From assembly GCA_018396815.1 (NCBI GenBank), contig JAGTQY010000003.1, positions 69,481 to 133,480 of the forward strand: DNA of 64,000 bases. Reading direction: 5' to 3'. Below, piece by piece: positions 9,652-19,463 of this stretch; position 1 is the stretch's first letter; each line of letters begins with the position of its first letter. Position numbers and translations under genes: made by a program. Below the pieces are notes generated by a model. The model did no database searches, had not been told where the DNA came from, and saw only the letters and a list, made by a program, of their open reading frames with translations. Source of the DNA: Candidatus Bathyarchaeota archaeon (GTDB lineage: Archaea; Thermoproteota; Bathyarchaeia; 40CM-2-53-6; DTDX01).

Positions 9652-11958
9652 ATGAGTGCCTTAAATATGCTTTTAACTCCAGTTAAGGAAGCTGTTAACT
9701 CTTTTGAAAGAAGATTAATTGTTTTAACTGGTGAAGAAGGAGAAAATATTGGAACTAAATTAATTGAGGAGTATTGTTCTTTAAAAAAGAATGAAGTTAA
9801 CGCGCTTTACGTTGGGGATAACTTTGAAGAAAACACCTCCAGCTTTAAACGTTTCGTTAAATTTAAATGTTTAATGGAGAAGCTTAAAGAGTTTAAACTT
9901 CAAAATACTTCTTTTAAGGAATCATTAAATGTTTTAGGTTTAACTTTTGATTTACTTATTTTAGATTTAAATGAAAATTTAACACCTAATGATATTGGTG
10001 TTTTAATTGAAGTGGTTAAAGGAGGAGGTTTAATCTTATTTTTAACTCCAAAACTTTCAGATTGGGAATCATGTATAACAACTTTTCATAAAAAACTTGT
10101 TGTTTTACCGGAGGATTACATTCGATTAAGACATATATTTGTTAAATGGTTTATTAAAAAATTAAAGGAAAGTAAAGGTGTATGGATTTATGATCCACCA
10201 AATATTTATGGAGAAGCTTTACAACCTAGCGAAATTAAAAAAACTACTAATATAGAAATTGATGAAAATATTATTTTTCCAAAACAGCTTTATGAATTAT
10301 GTGTAACTCAAGATCAAATTCAAGCCCTTTCAAGTTTTGAGAAACTTTTAGATAGAAAAGGAAAAAAAGCTTTAGTTATGATAGCGGATAGAGGGAGAGG
10401 AAAATCTTCGCTGCTTGGGCTTTCAGCAGCTGGTTTACTTTTTAAACTTGGAGCAAAAAAACCTTTATTTATTACTTTTACAGCGCCTTCTCAATCAAAT
10501 TTAGCTACTGCTCTTCAATTTGTTAAAATAGCTTTTGAAAAATTGAATGTAAAAATTAAAGAGTTTAAAGTCAATAATGAAATTTCAACTTTAAAATGTA
10601 AATATGGCGTTATAGAAGTTTTAAGTCCATATAAAGCTTTAAGTAGCCGTGGGAAAATAGCTTTTATTGATGAAGCTGCAGGTATACCTGTTCCTCTTCT
10701 TTTTAAATTTTTAAGGAAATTTAGAACAGTTGTTTTTTCTTCTACAATTCACGGTTATGAAGGTGCTGGAAGAGGATTCAGCTTAAGATTTCTTAAAGCT
10801 TTAGAAGAAAATAAATCTATTGAAACAATTAAAGTTGAATTAAAAACACCTATAAGGTATAGTATTAATGACCCAATTGAAAAATGGCTTTATAACACTT
10901 TACTTTTAAATGCTGAGCCCCCTCAAATTTCTTTACCAATTGATTTAAATAAAGTATTTTATGAAAAACCAAATTTAGAAGAATGGTTTAGTTTAAACGA
11001 GAAACCTTTAAGAGAATTTGTTGGAATATGTATTTTAGCTCACTATAGAAATAGACCAAATGATTTTGCTATGCTTGCTGATGCACCCCACCATCAAGCT
11101 AGAGTGTTAAAGCTTTCATCAGGAGAAATAATTACAGTTTTACATTTAGCTGAAGAAGGAGGTCTTCCAGATGAGCTTATAGACAAAATAGCTGAAGGGG
11201 AAGATATTCCTGGAGTTGTTATTCCAAGCTGTATAATAAAACATTATACGCCTTTAAAATTCTTTGCAAAACAAAAAGGTTTAAGGATTGTTAGAATAGC
11301 TGTTCATCCTGAACTGGAAAGAAAAGGGCTGGGCTCTAAAGCTTTAAAAAATCTTATTGATGAAAGTGAAGCTCTAGGATACGATTGGATTGGTGCAGTA
11401 TTTGGTGCGACAATTCCTTTATTAAGTTTTTGGTTGAAAAATGGGTTTACACCAATTCATTTAAGTCCATCTAGAAACATAGTCTCAGGTGAATATAGTG
11501 TTGTTGTAATTAAACCTTTAACTAGAAGAGCTTTAAAATTAACGTTAACTTTAAATCAAGAGTTTAAATTGAAACTTTTAAATTCGCTTTTCACAACTTA
11601 TTTTACACTCGATCCAAAGTTAGCTAGATTGCTTTTTAAAGGAGTTGAAGAACCAAAATTATTTAAACCGAAATTAACTAAAGTTCAAGAGAAAAGACTT
11701 TTAATGTATAGTAAAGAAGTATTAACTTTTGAATCTGCTGCAGACGCTATTAAAGCTTTATTAGACGCTCATTTTATGAGCAGCGATTCAAGCAGAATTG
11801 AAGTTACACCTGAGGTAGAAGCAGCTTTAATAGCTAAATGTCTTCAAGGAAAAAGCTGGAGTTTAACAGCTAAACTTTCATTAATAAATCGTGAAGAAAT
11901 AAAAGCTATTCTTAGAGAAAACATTAAAAAAATGGTGAGTTATTACGTCAAGGATTAA
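9652..11958 (+). CDS. tmcA: RNA cytidine acetyltransferase TmcA/Nat10 (ac4C writer)
   Basis: ADRGRGKS, DEAAGIP, STIHGYEGAGRGF, AHYRNRPND and GNAT RIVRIAVHP motifs. Confidence 0.93.
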   Translation: MSALNMLLTPVKEAVNSFERRLIVLTGEEGENIGTKLIEEYCSLKKNEVNALYVGDNFEENTSSFKRFVKFKCLMEKLKEFKLQNTSFKESLNVLGLTFDLLILDLNENLTPNDIGVLIEVVKGGGLILFLTPKLSDWESCITTFHKKLVVLPEDYIRLRHIFVKWFIKKLKESKGVWIYDPPNIYGEALQPSEIKKTTNIEIDENIIFPKQLYELCVTQDQIQALSSFEKLLDRKGKKALVMIADRGRGKSSLLGLSAAGLLFKLGAKKPLFITFTAPSQSNLATALQFVKIAFEKLNVKIKEFKVNNEISTLKCKYGVIEVLSPYKALSSRGKIAFIDEAAGIPVPLLFKFLRKFRTVVFSSTIHGYEGAGRGFSLRFLKALEENKSIETIKVELKTPIRYSINDPIEKWLYNTLLLNAEPPQISLPIDLNKVFYEKPNLEEWFSLNEKPLREFVGICILAHYRNRPNDFAMLADAPHHQARVLKLSSGEIITVLHLAEEGGLPDELIDKIAEGEDIPGVVIPSCIIKHYTPLKFFAKQKGLRIVRIAVHPELERKGLGSKALKNLIDESEALGYDWIGAVFGATIPLLSFWLKNGFTPIHLSPSRNIVSGEYSVVVIKPLTRRALKLTLTLNQEFKLKLLNSLFTTYFTLDPKLARLLFKGVEEPKLFKPKLTKVQEKRLLMYSKEVLTFESAADAIKALLDAHFMSSDSSRIEVTPEVEAALIAKCLQGKSWSLTAKLSLINREEIKAILRENIKKMVSYYVKD

Positions 11959-12271
11959 AACCCTTAACTTTTCCAAAGAATATAAAGAGAAGCTTTTATC
12001 TGGAGAAAAAACCTCAACTTTACGATTAAAAACATTATTAAAGAAAGGCGATTTAGTAAACATAGTGGTTGGAGGAGAAAACTTAGGTATAGCTAAAATA
12101 ATTCAAGTAAAAAAAATAACATTAAAAGAATTATCAATTAATGAAATTAAGAAAGATGGCTTCAAAAGTAAAAAACATCTTCTTAAAGCTTTAAAAAAAC
12201 ATTATCCATCAATTAACTTAACTGAGCAAACTCCCTTATACTTAATAACCTTTGCCTTCCAATCTAAGTAA
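11942..12271 (+). CDS. ASCH domain protein; reading frame extends upstream of the tracked ORF
   Basis: Frame is open from 11939: ITSRIKTLNFSKEYKEKLLSGEKTSTLR carries the ASCH GxKxxTxR motif, then KKDGF..L...YP; no ATG/GTG/TTG before the motif, so the start is uncertain (ATT 11942 or 11954). Confidence 0.8.
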   Translation: MTSRIKTLNFSKEYKEKLLSGEKTSTLRLKTLLKKGDLVNIVVGGENLGIAKIIQVKKITLKELSINEIKKDGFKSKKHLLKALKKHYPSINLTEQTPLYLITFAFQSK

Positions 12272-12378
12272 GGGTTCAAAGTTATAAAATTATAAAATAC
12301 TAATACTAAAAAATTAACGCTATATTATCAGTAAATAACAAAACCGTTTTTAAAGGAGTGGGATGCACCCCAAAACTG

Positions 12379-12503
12379 TGGTGGGGCTGGCCGGATTTGA
12401 ACCGGCGATCACGTGGGTTCTCGGCTTTTAACTCCCAAGCCACGTAGCCTAGACCAGATTTGCCTCGCAGCCTTTTTAAGGCTGAGATCTAGCCGACAGC
12501 CCC
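12379..12503 (-). tRNA. tRNA-Pro(TGG) with encoded CCA and two introns (30 nt in the D-loop, ~12459-12488; 16 nt at 37/38, 12418-12433)
   Basis: Acceptor GGGGCTG/CAGCCCC-A-CCA, T-arm GCCGG-TTCAAAT-CCGGC, anticodon stem CGTGG/CCACG; removing both inserts gives a 79-nt tRNA; bulge-helix-bulge pairing at the anticodon intron. Confidence 0.9.
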
Positions 12504-12530
12504 TTCTATTTTAGAAGTATTAAAAGTTAG

Positions 12531-12548
12531 CTTTTAAATTTTTCTTTT
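12531..12548 (-). promoter_or_regulatory. Putative BRE/TATA promoter of tRNA-Pro
   Basis: Minus strand reads AAAAGAAAAATTTAAAAG about 30 nt upstream of the tRNA. Confidence 0.5.
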
Positions 12549-13064
12549 GAATTTTACTCTTAAAAAATATTTTACGTACGTATAATAAATATAAAACTTC
12601 GTTTGAAAATATAATTATTGCTTAAAAATCTGTTTTCAATTGAAAGTAGTAAAAAATCTGAAAAATTAAAAGGAACAAAAATTAATTGAAGCTTATTTTA
12701 AAGATAGAAAAGCTTTATGAGCAATGGTTATGCAAATCTTATGTAATGATAGAAGAACATTATAAAAGTAATAGTTTAAGCATTAGCATTAATATTCTTA
12801 CTAAATGAAGTTTTAACCATTTTTCATTCTAACTAAATGCTATAAATTTATCTTCTTCAATTAATAAAACTTAAGACGCCTGCACTTATGATTTGCCATC
12901 TCTTTAATAACTTCTTCTTCCATTATGTATGTAAAAATAAGTAATAAATTAATACTTTAAAAAATTATTTTGCGATTTAGTTTTATTTTTTGAATTGCTT
13001 GTAATTAGCTTTATCACAATATTTATAATTCACTTATTTTTCACTAAAGAGAGAGGTAAAAATA

Positions 13065-14306
13065 ATGAGAATTGTAATTATTGGTAATGGTCCCTCAGGT
13101 GTAAAAGCTGCTGAAACAATTAGAAAAATTGATGATAAATCCGAGTTAATATTAATTTCAGAAGAAAAATACTCGTTTTATTTTAGAAGGAATTTACCTT
13201 GGTTTATTGCAGGTAAATTTACTGAAGAAAAACTTACAGCTAAAAAACCTGAGTTTTACATAAAAAATGATATAAACCAAATTTTAGGTAAAACCGTAGA
13301 GAAAGTTCTTATAAAGGAAAAAGAAATTTTATTAAATTCAGGAGAAAAAATAAAATACGATAAGTTATTAATTGCTTCAGGTGCTGCACCAATAACAGGT
13401 GCTTGGATGACCCTAAACTTAAAAGGAATATTTACATTAAGAACTTTAGATGATGCTAAAGCAATTAAGGAATATATGGGGAAAGTTGAAGAAGTAGTGA
13501 TTGTTGGTGGTGGGTTACTTGGGTTAAATATGGCTGAAGTATTTTCTGAAAAAGGTTTTAAAGTTCATATTCTTCAGAGAGGTTCAAAACTTTCACCTCA
13601 AATGTTTGATTTTGAAGTTTCAAATTTTATAAAATCCAAGTTGGAAGAGAAAAATGTTGAAGTTAATCTTAATGAAGAATTAGTTGAAATTAAAGGTAAA
13701 AATGGAATCATTTCAGAAATTGAAACATCTAAAGGGCGGAGAATAAGTTGTCAACTATTACTTATAGCAATAGGTGTGATGCCAGCAATAAAGTTTCTTA
13801 AAGAAACTGAAATTAAAACTGATAGAGGTGTCTTAACAAACGAGTATATGGAAACAAATGTTCAAAACGTTTATGCAGCTGGAGATGCAGCTCAAATTTA
13901 CAATCCTTTAAAAAATCAATATTTAATTTATACTTCTTGGGCTTCAGCTTTAGAGCAAGGAGAAACAGCGGGTTTCAACATGGTTACTCAACAATGTAAA
14001 AAAAGATATATTGGAGTACCATCAAACATAGAGTTTATTTTTGGTATTCCAATAGCTTCAATAGGGTCACCGAATCCAACTGAAGAAACTAAACATAAAT
14101 TGTTACTTAAGAACGAATTAAGTAAAGGTTTATACTTAAAGTTTGTTTTAGAAAATGAAAAAGTTGTTGGTAGTTTAATTGTTGGAAAAATTGAAAAAGT
14201 GGATTTAATTAAAGAATTAATTAAACAACAAATTAATGTAGGTAAATATGAAAAAAGTCTTATTGAAGGAGAGTTTGAAAAAATATTAAATGAAGGGAAA
14301 AAATAG
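13065..14306 (+). CDS. FAD-dependent NAD(P)H oxidoreductase (rubredoxin reductase/NirB-N-like)
   Basis: IIGNGPSG and IVGGGLLG dinucleotide motifs; TNVQNVYAAGD. Confidence 0.85.
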   Translation: MRIVIIGNGPSGVKAAETIRKIDDKSELILISEEKYSFYFRRNLPWFIAGKFTEEKLTAKKPEFYIKNDINQILGKTVEKVLIKEKEILLNSGEKIKYDKLLIASGAAPITGAWMTLNLKGIFTLRTLDDAKAIKEYMGKVEEVVIVGGGLLGLNMAEVFSEKGFKVHILQRGSKLSPQMFDFEVSNFIKSKLEEKNVEVNLNEELVEIKGKNGIISEIETSKGRRISCQLLLIAIGVMPAIKFLKETEIKTDRGVLTNEYMETNVQNVYAAGDAAQIYNPLKNQYLIYTSWASALEQGETAGFNMVTQQCKKRYIGVPSNIEFIFGIPIASIGSPNPTEETKHKLLLKNELSKGLYLKFVLENEKVVGSLIVGKIEKVDLIKELIKQQINVGKYEKSLIEGEFEKILNEGKK

Positions 14307-14307
14307 T

Positions 14308-14712
14308 ATGAGTGATGTTGAAATAATAAAGATTTTAAATTCAGAAAATGAAAGCGAATTAACTAGGCTAACCGCGAATATTATTAGAGTTTTAACAATT
14401 TATCATGGTGTATGTTGGAAAACAGAGCTTCCAGAAGATTTATTAAAATTTTATAAAGTTATGGGAGATGAACCTTTAAATTTAGATTTATTAGATGAAG
14501 CTATTAATTATCTTGAAGCTAAAGGTATAATCGTTACAGAATATAGAAAAAGAGGAGAAATTTTAAATAAAAACATATATGTGGATAAACTTGTTAAACT
14601 AAAAGATTTAGATACAATTCTTAAAGTCCTTCAGAAAGATGAAGTCTTTATTAAATATCGTTTTAAGAGAGCTGAAGCTATTAAAAAAGCTTTAAATCTA
14701 AACAAAGAATAA
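14308..14712 (+). CDS. Hypothetical protein (possibly winged-helix-like)
   Basis: ORF immediately after the oxidoreductase stop; LLDEAINYLEAKGII resembles a wHTH helix. Confidence 0.55.
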   Translation: MSDVEIIKILNSENESELTRLTANIIRVLTIYHGVCWKTELPEDLLKFYKVMGDEPLNLDLLDEAINYLEAKGIIVTEYRKRGEILNKNIYVDKLVKLKDLDTILKVLQKDEVFIKYRFKRAEAIKKALNLNKE

Positions 14713-14726
14713 ACAGTAATTTATAT

Positions 14727-15107
14727 TTACACTTTTACTTTAATATCTTTTATTATGCAACTTTTTCCTTCAATAACCTCAACTTCTCTGCTTTGACATT
14801 TTAAACATTTAAGTTGAAAAATAAATTCTGTCCATTCAAAATTAACTAAAGATTCTGAATCTATAATGCTTTCATATCCACAATTTAGGCATTTCAATTT
14901 TACTGGAGTATAATTAATGTTAAATTTAGCGCCTTCAACAATAGTTTTTTCAGATAAAATTGTAAGTGAAAAAATTAATTGTTCCGAATTTAACATTGTT
15001 AAAGCTCCTATCTCTAGATTTACTTCAGTAACGCGTTTAGCATTATGTTTTTCAGCAACCTTAAGTATACTCTCTATTATAGTTTGAGCTGTAGAAAATT
15101 CATGCAT
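14727..15107 (-). CDS. hypA: Hydrogenase nickel metallochaperone HypA
   Basis: MHEFS N-terminus and two CxxC motifs. Confidence 0.92.
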   Translation of the reverse strand: MHEFSTAQTIIESILKVAEKHNAKRVTEVNLEIGALTMLNSEQLIFSLTILSEKTIVEGAKFNINYTPVKLKCLNCGYESIIDSESLVNFEWTEFIFQLKCLKCQSREVEVIEGKSCIIKDIKVKV

Positions 15108-15251
15108 TCTTCTTCCCTTTTTCACCTTTTAATCTTTAACCATTTTAAGATAAATCTTTATTAAAAACAATTTGTTCTCCATTCAAATCTATGTTTAAAT
15201 AATTTAAAAATTAATTTAATTTAATAAAAGCTATAATGTGAGGTTAAAATT

Positions 15252-16880
15252 TTGAACAAGTTTATTTTTGTTACTGGCGGTGTTATGTCTGGAATAGGCA
15301 AAGGAATAGCTACAGCTTCTATCGCTAAAATTCTTCAAGTAAGAAATTTCAAAGTTACTGCTGTTAAAATTGATCCATACTTAAACGTTGATGCTGGAAC
15401 TATGAATCCAATAATTCATGGAGAAGTTTTCGTTACTGAAGATGGTGGAGAAATAGATATGGATCTAGGAACTTATGAACGCTTTTTAGATATTAATTTA
15501 TCTAAAGAACATAACTTAACTACTGGAAAAATTTACTTATCTGTTATAGATAAAGAAAGGCGTGGAGAATATTTAGGTAAATGCGTTCAAATAATTCCTC
15601 ATATTACTGATGAGATCAAAACTCGAATCAGAGCTATAGCTCAAAAAAATAGTGTAGATGTTATTGTCACAGAAATTGGGGGAACTGTGGGAGATATTGA
15701 AGGGCAACCTTTTCTTGAAGCTGCTCGTCAAATGAGAATTGAAGAAGGCTTGAATAACGTTTTATATGTTCATGTTACTTTAGTTCCAGTTTTAGACGTT
15801 GTTGGAGAACAAAAAACTAAACCAACTCAGCATAGCGTGCAAGAACTAAGAAGAATAGGCATTCAACCAGATATAATTATTGCTAGAAGCAAAAAACCTT
15901 TGCTTAATGAACCTAAAAGAAAAATAGCTTTATTTTGCAATGTTGAAGAAAGAGCTGTATTCACAGCGCCTGATGTTAAATGTATCTATGAATGCCCCTT
16001 AATCTTTGATAAACAGGGAATGGGTGATTTTATTTGTGAAAAACTTAATTTACCAAAGCGAAAACCTAATTGGGCTTCATGGGAAAGAACAGTTAACCGT
16101 TTTTTAAACCCAACCTATGAAGTAAAAATAGCTTTATGCGGAAAATACGCAGAATTAGCTGATTCTTATGTAAGTGTTAATGAAGCTTTAAAACATGCTG
16201 GAGCAGCATGCGACGCAAAAGTTACAATTGATTGGATAGAAACCGAAATTTTTGAAGAAGATACTTCAAATCTTAAAATGCTTTTTCAATATGATGGAAT
16301 ATTAGTGCCTGGGGGTTTCGGTTCTAGAGGAACTGAAGGAAAAATTAAAGCTATAGAGTTTGCTAGAACAAATAATATTCCATTTTTAGGCATATGCTTT
16401 GGTTTTCAACTTGCAACGGTAGAGTTTGCAAGACATATAACTCTTAAAGATGCTAATAGCACTGAAATAAACCCTAATACGCAGCATCCTGTAGTAGATT
16501 TAATGCCTGAACAAAAAAACATAAGTTATAAAGGTGCTACAATGCGTTTAGGTGCTCATGAAATAATTATAAAACCTGGAACTTTAGCTTATTCTCTTTA
16601 TAAATCCACTTTAATTACGGAAAGGCATAGACATAGATATGAAATAAATTTAAAGTATGTCCCAATTCTTGAAAAACATGGGTTAGTTTTCTCTGGAGTA
16701 AGTAAAGATGGGAAACGAATGGAAATTCTCGAGTTACCATCCAATTTATTCCATTTTGCAACCCAATTTCATGCAGAGTTTAAATCTAGACCAGAAAAAC
16801 CATCCCCTCCATACTATGGTTTCATACTTTATGCTCTCAAGAGAAAATTAAGTTTGAAAGCTTCTGTATCACAGATTTAA
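15252..16880 (+). CDS. pyrG: CTP synthase
   Basis: [34 protein letters not shown] and QFHAE motifs. Confidence 0.97.
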   Translation: MNKFIFVTGGVMSGIGKGIATASIAKILQVRNFKVTAVKIDPYLNVDAGTMNPIIHGEVFVTEDGGEIDMDLGTYERFLDINLSKEHNLTTGKIYLSVIDKERRGEYLGKCVQIIPHITDEIKTRIRAIAQKNSVDVIVTEIGGTVGDIEGQPFLEAARQMRIEEGLNNVLYVHVTLVPVLDVVGEQKTKPTQHSVQELRRIGIQPDIIIARSKKPLLNEPKRKIALFCNVEERAVFTAPDVKCIYECPLIFDKQGMGDFICEKLNLPKRKPNWASWERTVNRFLNPTYEVKIALCGKYAELADSYVSVNEALKHAGAACDAKVTIDWIETEIFEEDTSNLKMLFQYDGILVPGGFGSRGTEGKIKAIEFARTNNIPFLGICFGFQLATVEFARHITLKDANSTEINPNTQHPVVDLMPEQKNISYKGATMRLGAHEIIIKPGTLAYSLYKSTLITERHRHRYEINLKYVPILEKHGLVFSGVSKDGKRMEILELPSNLFHFATQFHAEFKSRPEKPSPPYYGFILYALKRKLSLKASVSQI

Positions 16881-17119
16881 CTTTTTTCTTGTGGAGAAAT
16901 CGAAATGTAAAGAATGTTGCTTCCTCTAAGTACTAAGCTTCCTAGGTTTGCTGCTAACTCTCCATTTCTATATTCTTTAGCATCCTCTAAAACAATATTC
17001 ATATATCCATCGCAATTAACCATTTTACCTTCGTATTCAACACCATTTTTTAGTTTAATACATATTCTTTCATTAAGTTTTTTTAAAAGAAGATTTAAAG
17101 GTTTTTTTGAAGGCTCCAA
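16877..17119 (-). CDS. Sm-like archaeal protein (Lsm/SmAP)
   Basis: Sm1 (DGYMNIVL) and Sm2 (LRGSNI) motifs. Confidence 0.9.
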   Translation of the reverse strand: MEPSKKPLNLLLKKLNERICIKLKNGVEYEGKMVNCDGYMNIVLEDAKEYRNGELAANLGSLVLRGSNILYISISPQEKS

Positions 17120-17305
17120 GTTTTTCTCCTTCCAAAAATCTGGTTTTTATGTTTTAATATAAAAATCTTTCTACACCTTTAATAATATTATAACTCCTAA
17201 AATGTTTTAACAGTATCTAATATAATTTTCTATTTTAAACATTTTAAATCTTGATAAATTAGCAGTATTTATTCTTTTAATCTTTATAAAATTAACTATT
17301 AACTT

Positions 17306-18073
17306 ATGGAGCCGTTAATTCTTACAAAACCAAATTTTAAATTAGCTGAAGAAACCATTAACAAATCTGTTTTAAAAGAAACCATCATTATAGTTGGAAA
17401 ATGCAAAGTTAATTATAAAGGTAGAGCTGAATCTACACTTGATTTTGGAGAAAGAATTATTTTAATAAAAAAAGATGGAGCTTTACTGATTCATAGGCCT
17501 ACAGGTTATCTCCCTATAAATTGGCAACCTTCAAAATGTTTTTTTCAATCTTCCTCAAATGATAAAGAGTTAAAAATTAAAAGTGTTAGAAAGGAGATTA
17601 AAGAGGAAGTAACCATAGTTTTTTCCGAAATTTCATTATTAACAGTCTTAAACTTAAAAGATGAAGGAGAATTCAGTTTGTATGCAAGCGAAGAAGATAT
17701 GAAAAAAGCCATAATTTTAAAGCCTGAATTAATTGAGGAAGGCTTTAAAATAATTGATTTTGAAAAGAAAGTTGAACCAGGATTTATAGATGTGTATGGA
17801 ATAGATAAAAAAGGGAATTTAACAATTATTGAGATTAAACGTGGAACTGCTGGAAAAGATGCTATAATGCAACTAGTGAAATACATCAATTCTGTATCAA
17901 AGTTAACTTCAAGAAATTTACGCGGTATTATTGTTGCTCCTAAACTAGTTAAAAAAGCCAGCAAACTTCTTGAAAGCTTCAATATAGAATTTAAAAGATT
18001 AAACCCTAAAATTTGTTCTTCCATAATTAAAAATGAAAAAACTGAAAGACACAGTTTAAAAGAGTGGCTTTGA
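17306..18073 (+). CDS. nucS: Endonuclease NucS/EndoMS
   Basis: YKGRAES, KKDGALLIH, PINWQP, ID..EIKR and QLVKY motifs. Confidence 0.93.
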   Translation: MEPLILTKPNFKLAEETINKSVLKETIIIVGKCKVNYKGRAESTLDFGERIILIKKDGALLIHRPTGYLPINWQPSKCFFQSSSNDKELKIKSVRKEIKEEVTIVFSEISLLTVLNLKDEGEFSLYASEEDMKKAIILKPELIEEGFKIIDFEKKVEPGFIDVYGIDKKGNLTIIEIKRGTAGKDAIMQLVKYINSVSKLTSRNLRGIIVAPKLVKKASKLLESFNIEFKRLNPKICSSIIKNEKTERHSLKEWL

Positions 18074-18114
18074 ATTAACTCATTAAATATATTTATATTG
18101 ATGAGTTCATTCAA
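18070..18114. repeat. 14-bp inverted repeat (1 mismatch) enclosing a TATA-like box upstream of radA
   Basis: TTGAATTAACTCAT (18070-18083) and ATGAGTTCATTCAA (18101-18114); TTTATA at 18092. Confidence 0.75.
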
Positions 18115-18134
18115 GTTTTTATTGGTAAAGCATT

Positions 18135-19118
18135 ATGAGTGAAGAGAAAAAAAAGTATGAATCTATAGAGGATATTCCAGGAATAGGTCCAGCTACAGCT
18201 GAAAAACTTAAAGAAGTTGGTTTTCACACGGTAGAATCTTTAGCTACAGCAACAATTAAAGAACTTGTCTCTGTTGGAATAGGAGAAAAACAAGCTGCAA
18301 AAATAATTGCGGAAGCTAGAAGTAGCATAGCTCTCAATTTTGTAAGAGCTGATGAACTAATAAAGATGAGAAAAAATGTTTTAAAACTTTCAACAGGAAG
18401 CAAAGCTTTAGATGAGCTGTTAGGCGGAGGAATTGAAACTCAAACAATCACAGAGTTTTATGGAGAATATGGCGTTGGAAAAAGCATTTTATGCCATCAA
18501 CTTGCAGTTAATGTTCAGCTTCCAATTGAAAGAGGTGGATTGAATGGAAGTGCTCTTTATATAGATACGGAACAAACGTTTAGACCTGAATGGATTGTGA
18601 GAATGGCTAATCATTTAGGGCTTAATCCAGATCAAGTTGCTCAAAGAATCATTTATTCTGAAGCTTATAATAGTGATCATCAAATTCTTATTCTTGAAAA
18701 ATCTGATAAGATCATTAAGGAAAATAATGTAAAACTTATAATAATCGATTCTTTAACAGCTCATTTTAGAAGTGAATACTTAGGGAGAGAAATGCTAGCT
18801 GAAAGACAACAAAAACTAAATAATCATATGCATAAATTGATTAGGTTGGCTAGAGCTTTTAATGCAGCTGCTGTTGTAACTAATCAAGTTATGGCTAAAC
18901 CAGATCAATTTTTCACTGTAGGAGTAGAGCCTGTAGGAGGACATGTAGTTGCTCATACATCGCATACAAGAGTTTTTTTAAGAAAAACAACCGGTCAAAT
19001 TAGGATAGCTCGCTTAGTTTCAAGCCCATATCTACCTGAAGGAGAAAGAGTATTTAAAATAACTGAAGAAGGTATAACTGACGTTTCTGAAGAAGATCAA
19101 CTAAAAAAAAGGAGATAA
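18135..19118 (+). CDS. radA: DNA repair and recombination protein RadA
   Basis: N-terminal HhH, GEYGVGKS Walker [19 protein letters not shown] and VTNQV motifs. Confidence 0.96.
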   Translation: MSEEKKKYESIEDIPGIGPATAEKLKEVGFHTVESLATATIKELVSVGIGEKQAAKIIAEARSSIALNFVRADELIKMRKNVLKLSTGSKALDELLGGGIETQTITEFYGEYGVGKSILCHQLAVNVQLPIERGGLNGSALYIDTEQTFRPEWIVRMANHLGLNPDQVAQRIIYSEAYNSDHQILILEKSDKIIKENNVKLIIIDSLTAHFRSEYLGREMLAERQQKLNNHMHKLIRLARAFNAAAVVTNQVMAKPDQFFTVGVEPVGGHVVAHTSHTRVFLRKTTGQIRIARLVSSPYLPEGERVFKITEEGITDVSEEDQLKKRR

Positions 19119-19121
19119 ATT

Positions 19122-19460
19122 TTGAATAAACAAGAAACACAAAAGTTTTTTCAATTAATTTTAAATAAAAACTTTAAAGAAGCTGAAGAAATGCTTGAGC
19201 AAATAAAAACAAAACTTGAAAAATCACCTGAAAATTTTGGTTATTTAAAAGCTTTAGAAGGATTAATATTAACTTTTAAATCTACTGATGAAAAACTTTA
19301 TTTAAAAAAATTGATAGAAACTACAGATGAGAAAGAGTTGAATCGCCTTAAAAATGAGTTTTCCATTCATGTTAAAAATGAACTTCATGCAGATTATGAT
19401 AGAGGATATTTTAAAGCTCTCTTGGATTATTTAAATTTCCTTAAAAAACCTAAACTTTAA
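19122..19460 (+). CDS. Hypothetical alpha-helical protein
   Basis: ORF 3 nt after radA with GGAG RBS; internal repeat GYLKALEG / GYFKALLD. Confidence 0.6.
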   Translation: MNKQETQKFFQLILNKNFKEAEEMLEQIKTKLEKSPENFGYLKALEGLILTFKSTDEKLYLKKLIETTDEKELNRLKNEFSIHVKNELHADYDRGYFKALLDYLNFLKKPKL

Positions 19461-19463
19461 CTT

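Noticed and set aside
11926-11932. A7 run as a programmed frameshift site fusing TmcA to ASCH
   Set aside because: Shifting into the ASCH frame here meets TGA at 11936-11938
12631-12650. TTTCAATTGAAAG, resembling the ATTGAAAG end of archaeal CRISPR repeats
   Set aside because: Single occurrence with no periodic repeats, spacers or cas genes
12272-13064. Possible integrated element at tRNA-Pro, given the long AT-rich gap
   Set aside because: No integrase and no duplicated tRNA 3' end seen; short reading fragments near 12850-12922 could not be assigned
17545-18114. 189-aa antisense ORF over nucS
   Set aside because: Shadow ORF with Ser/Phe/Ile-rich mirror composition and no motifs
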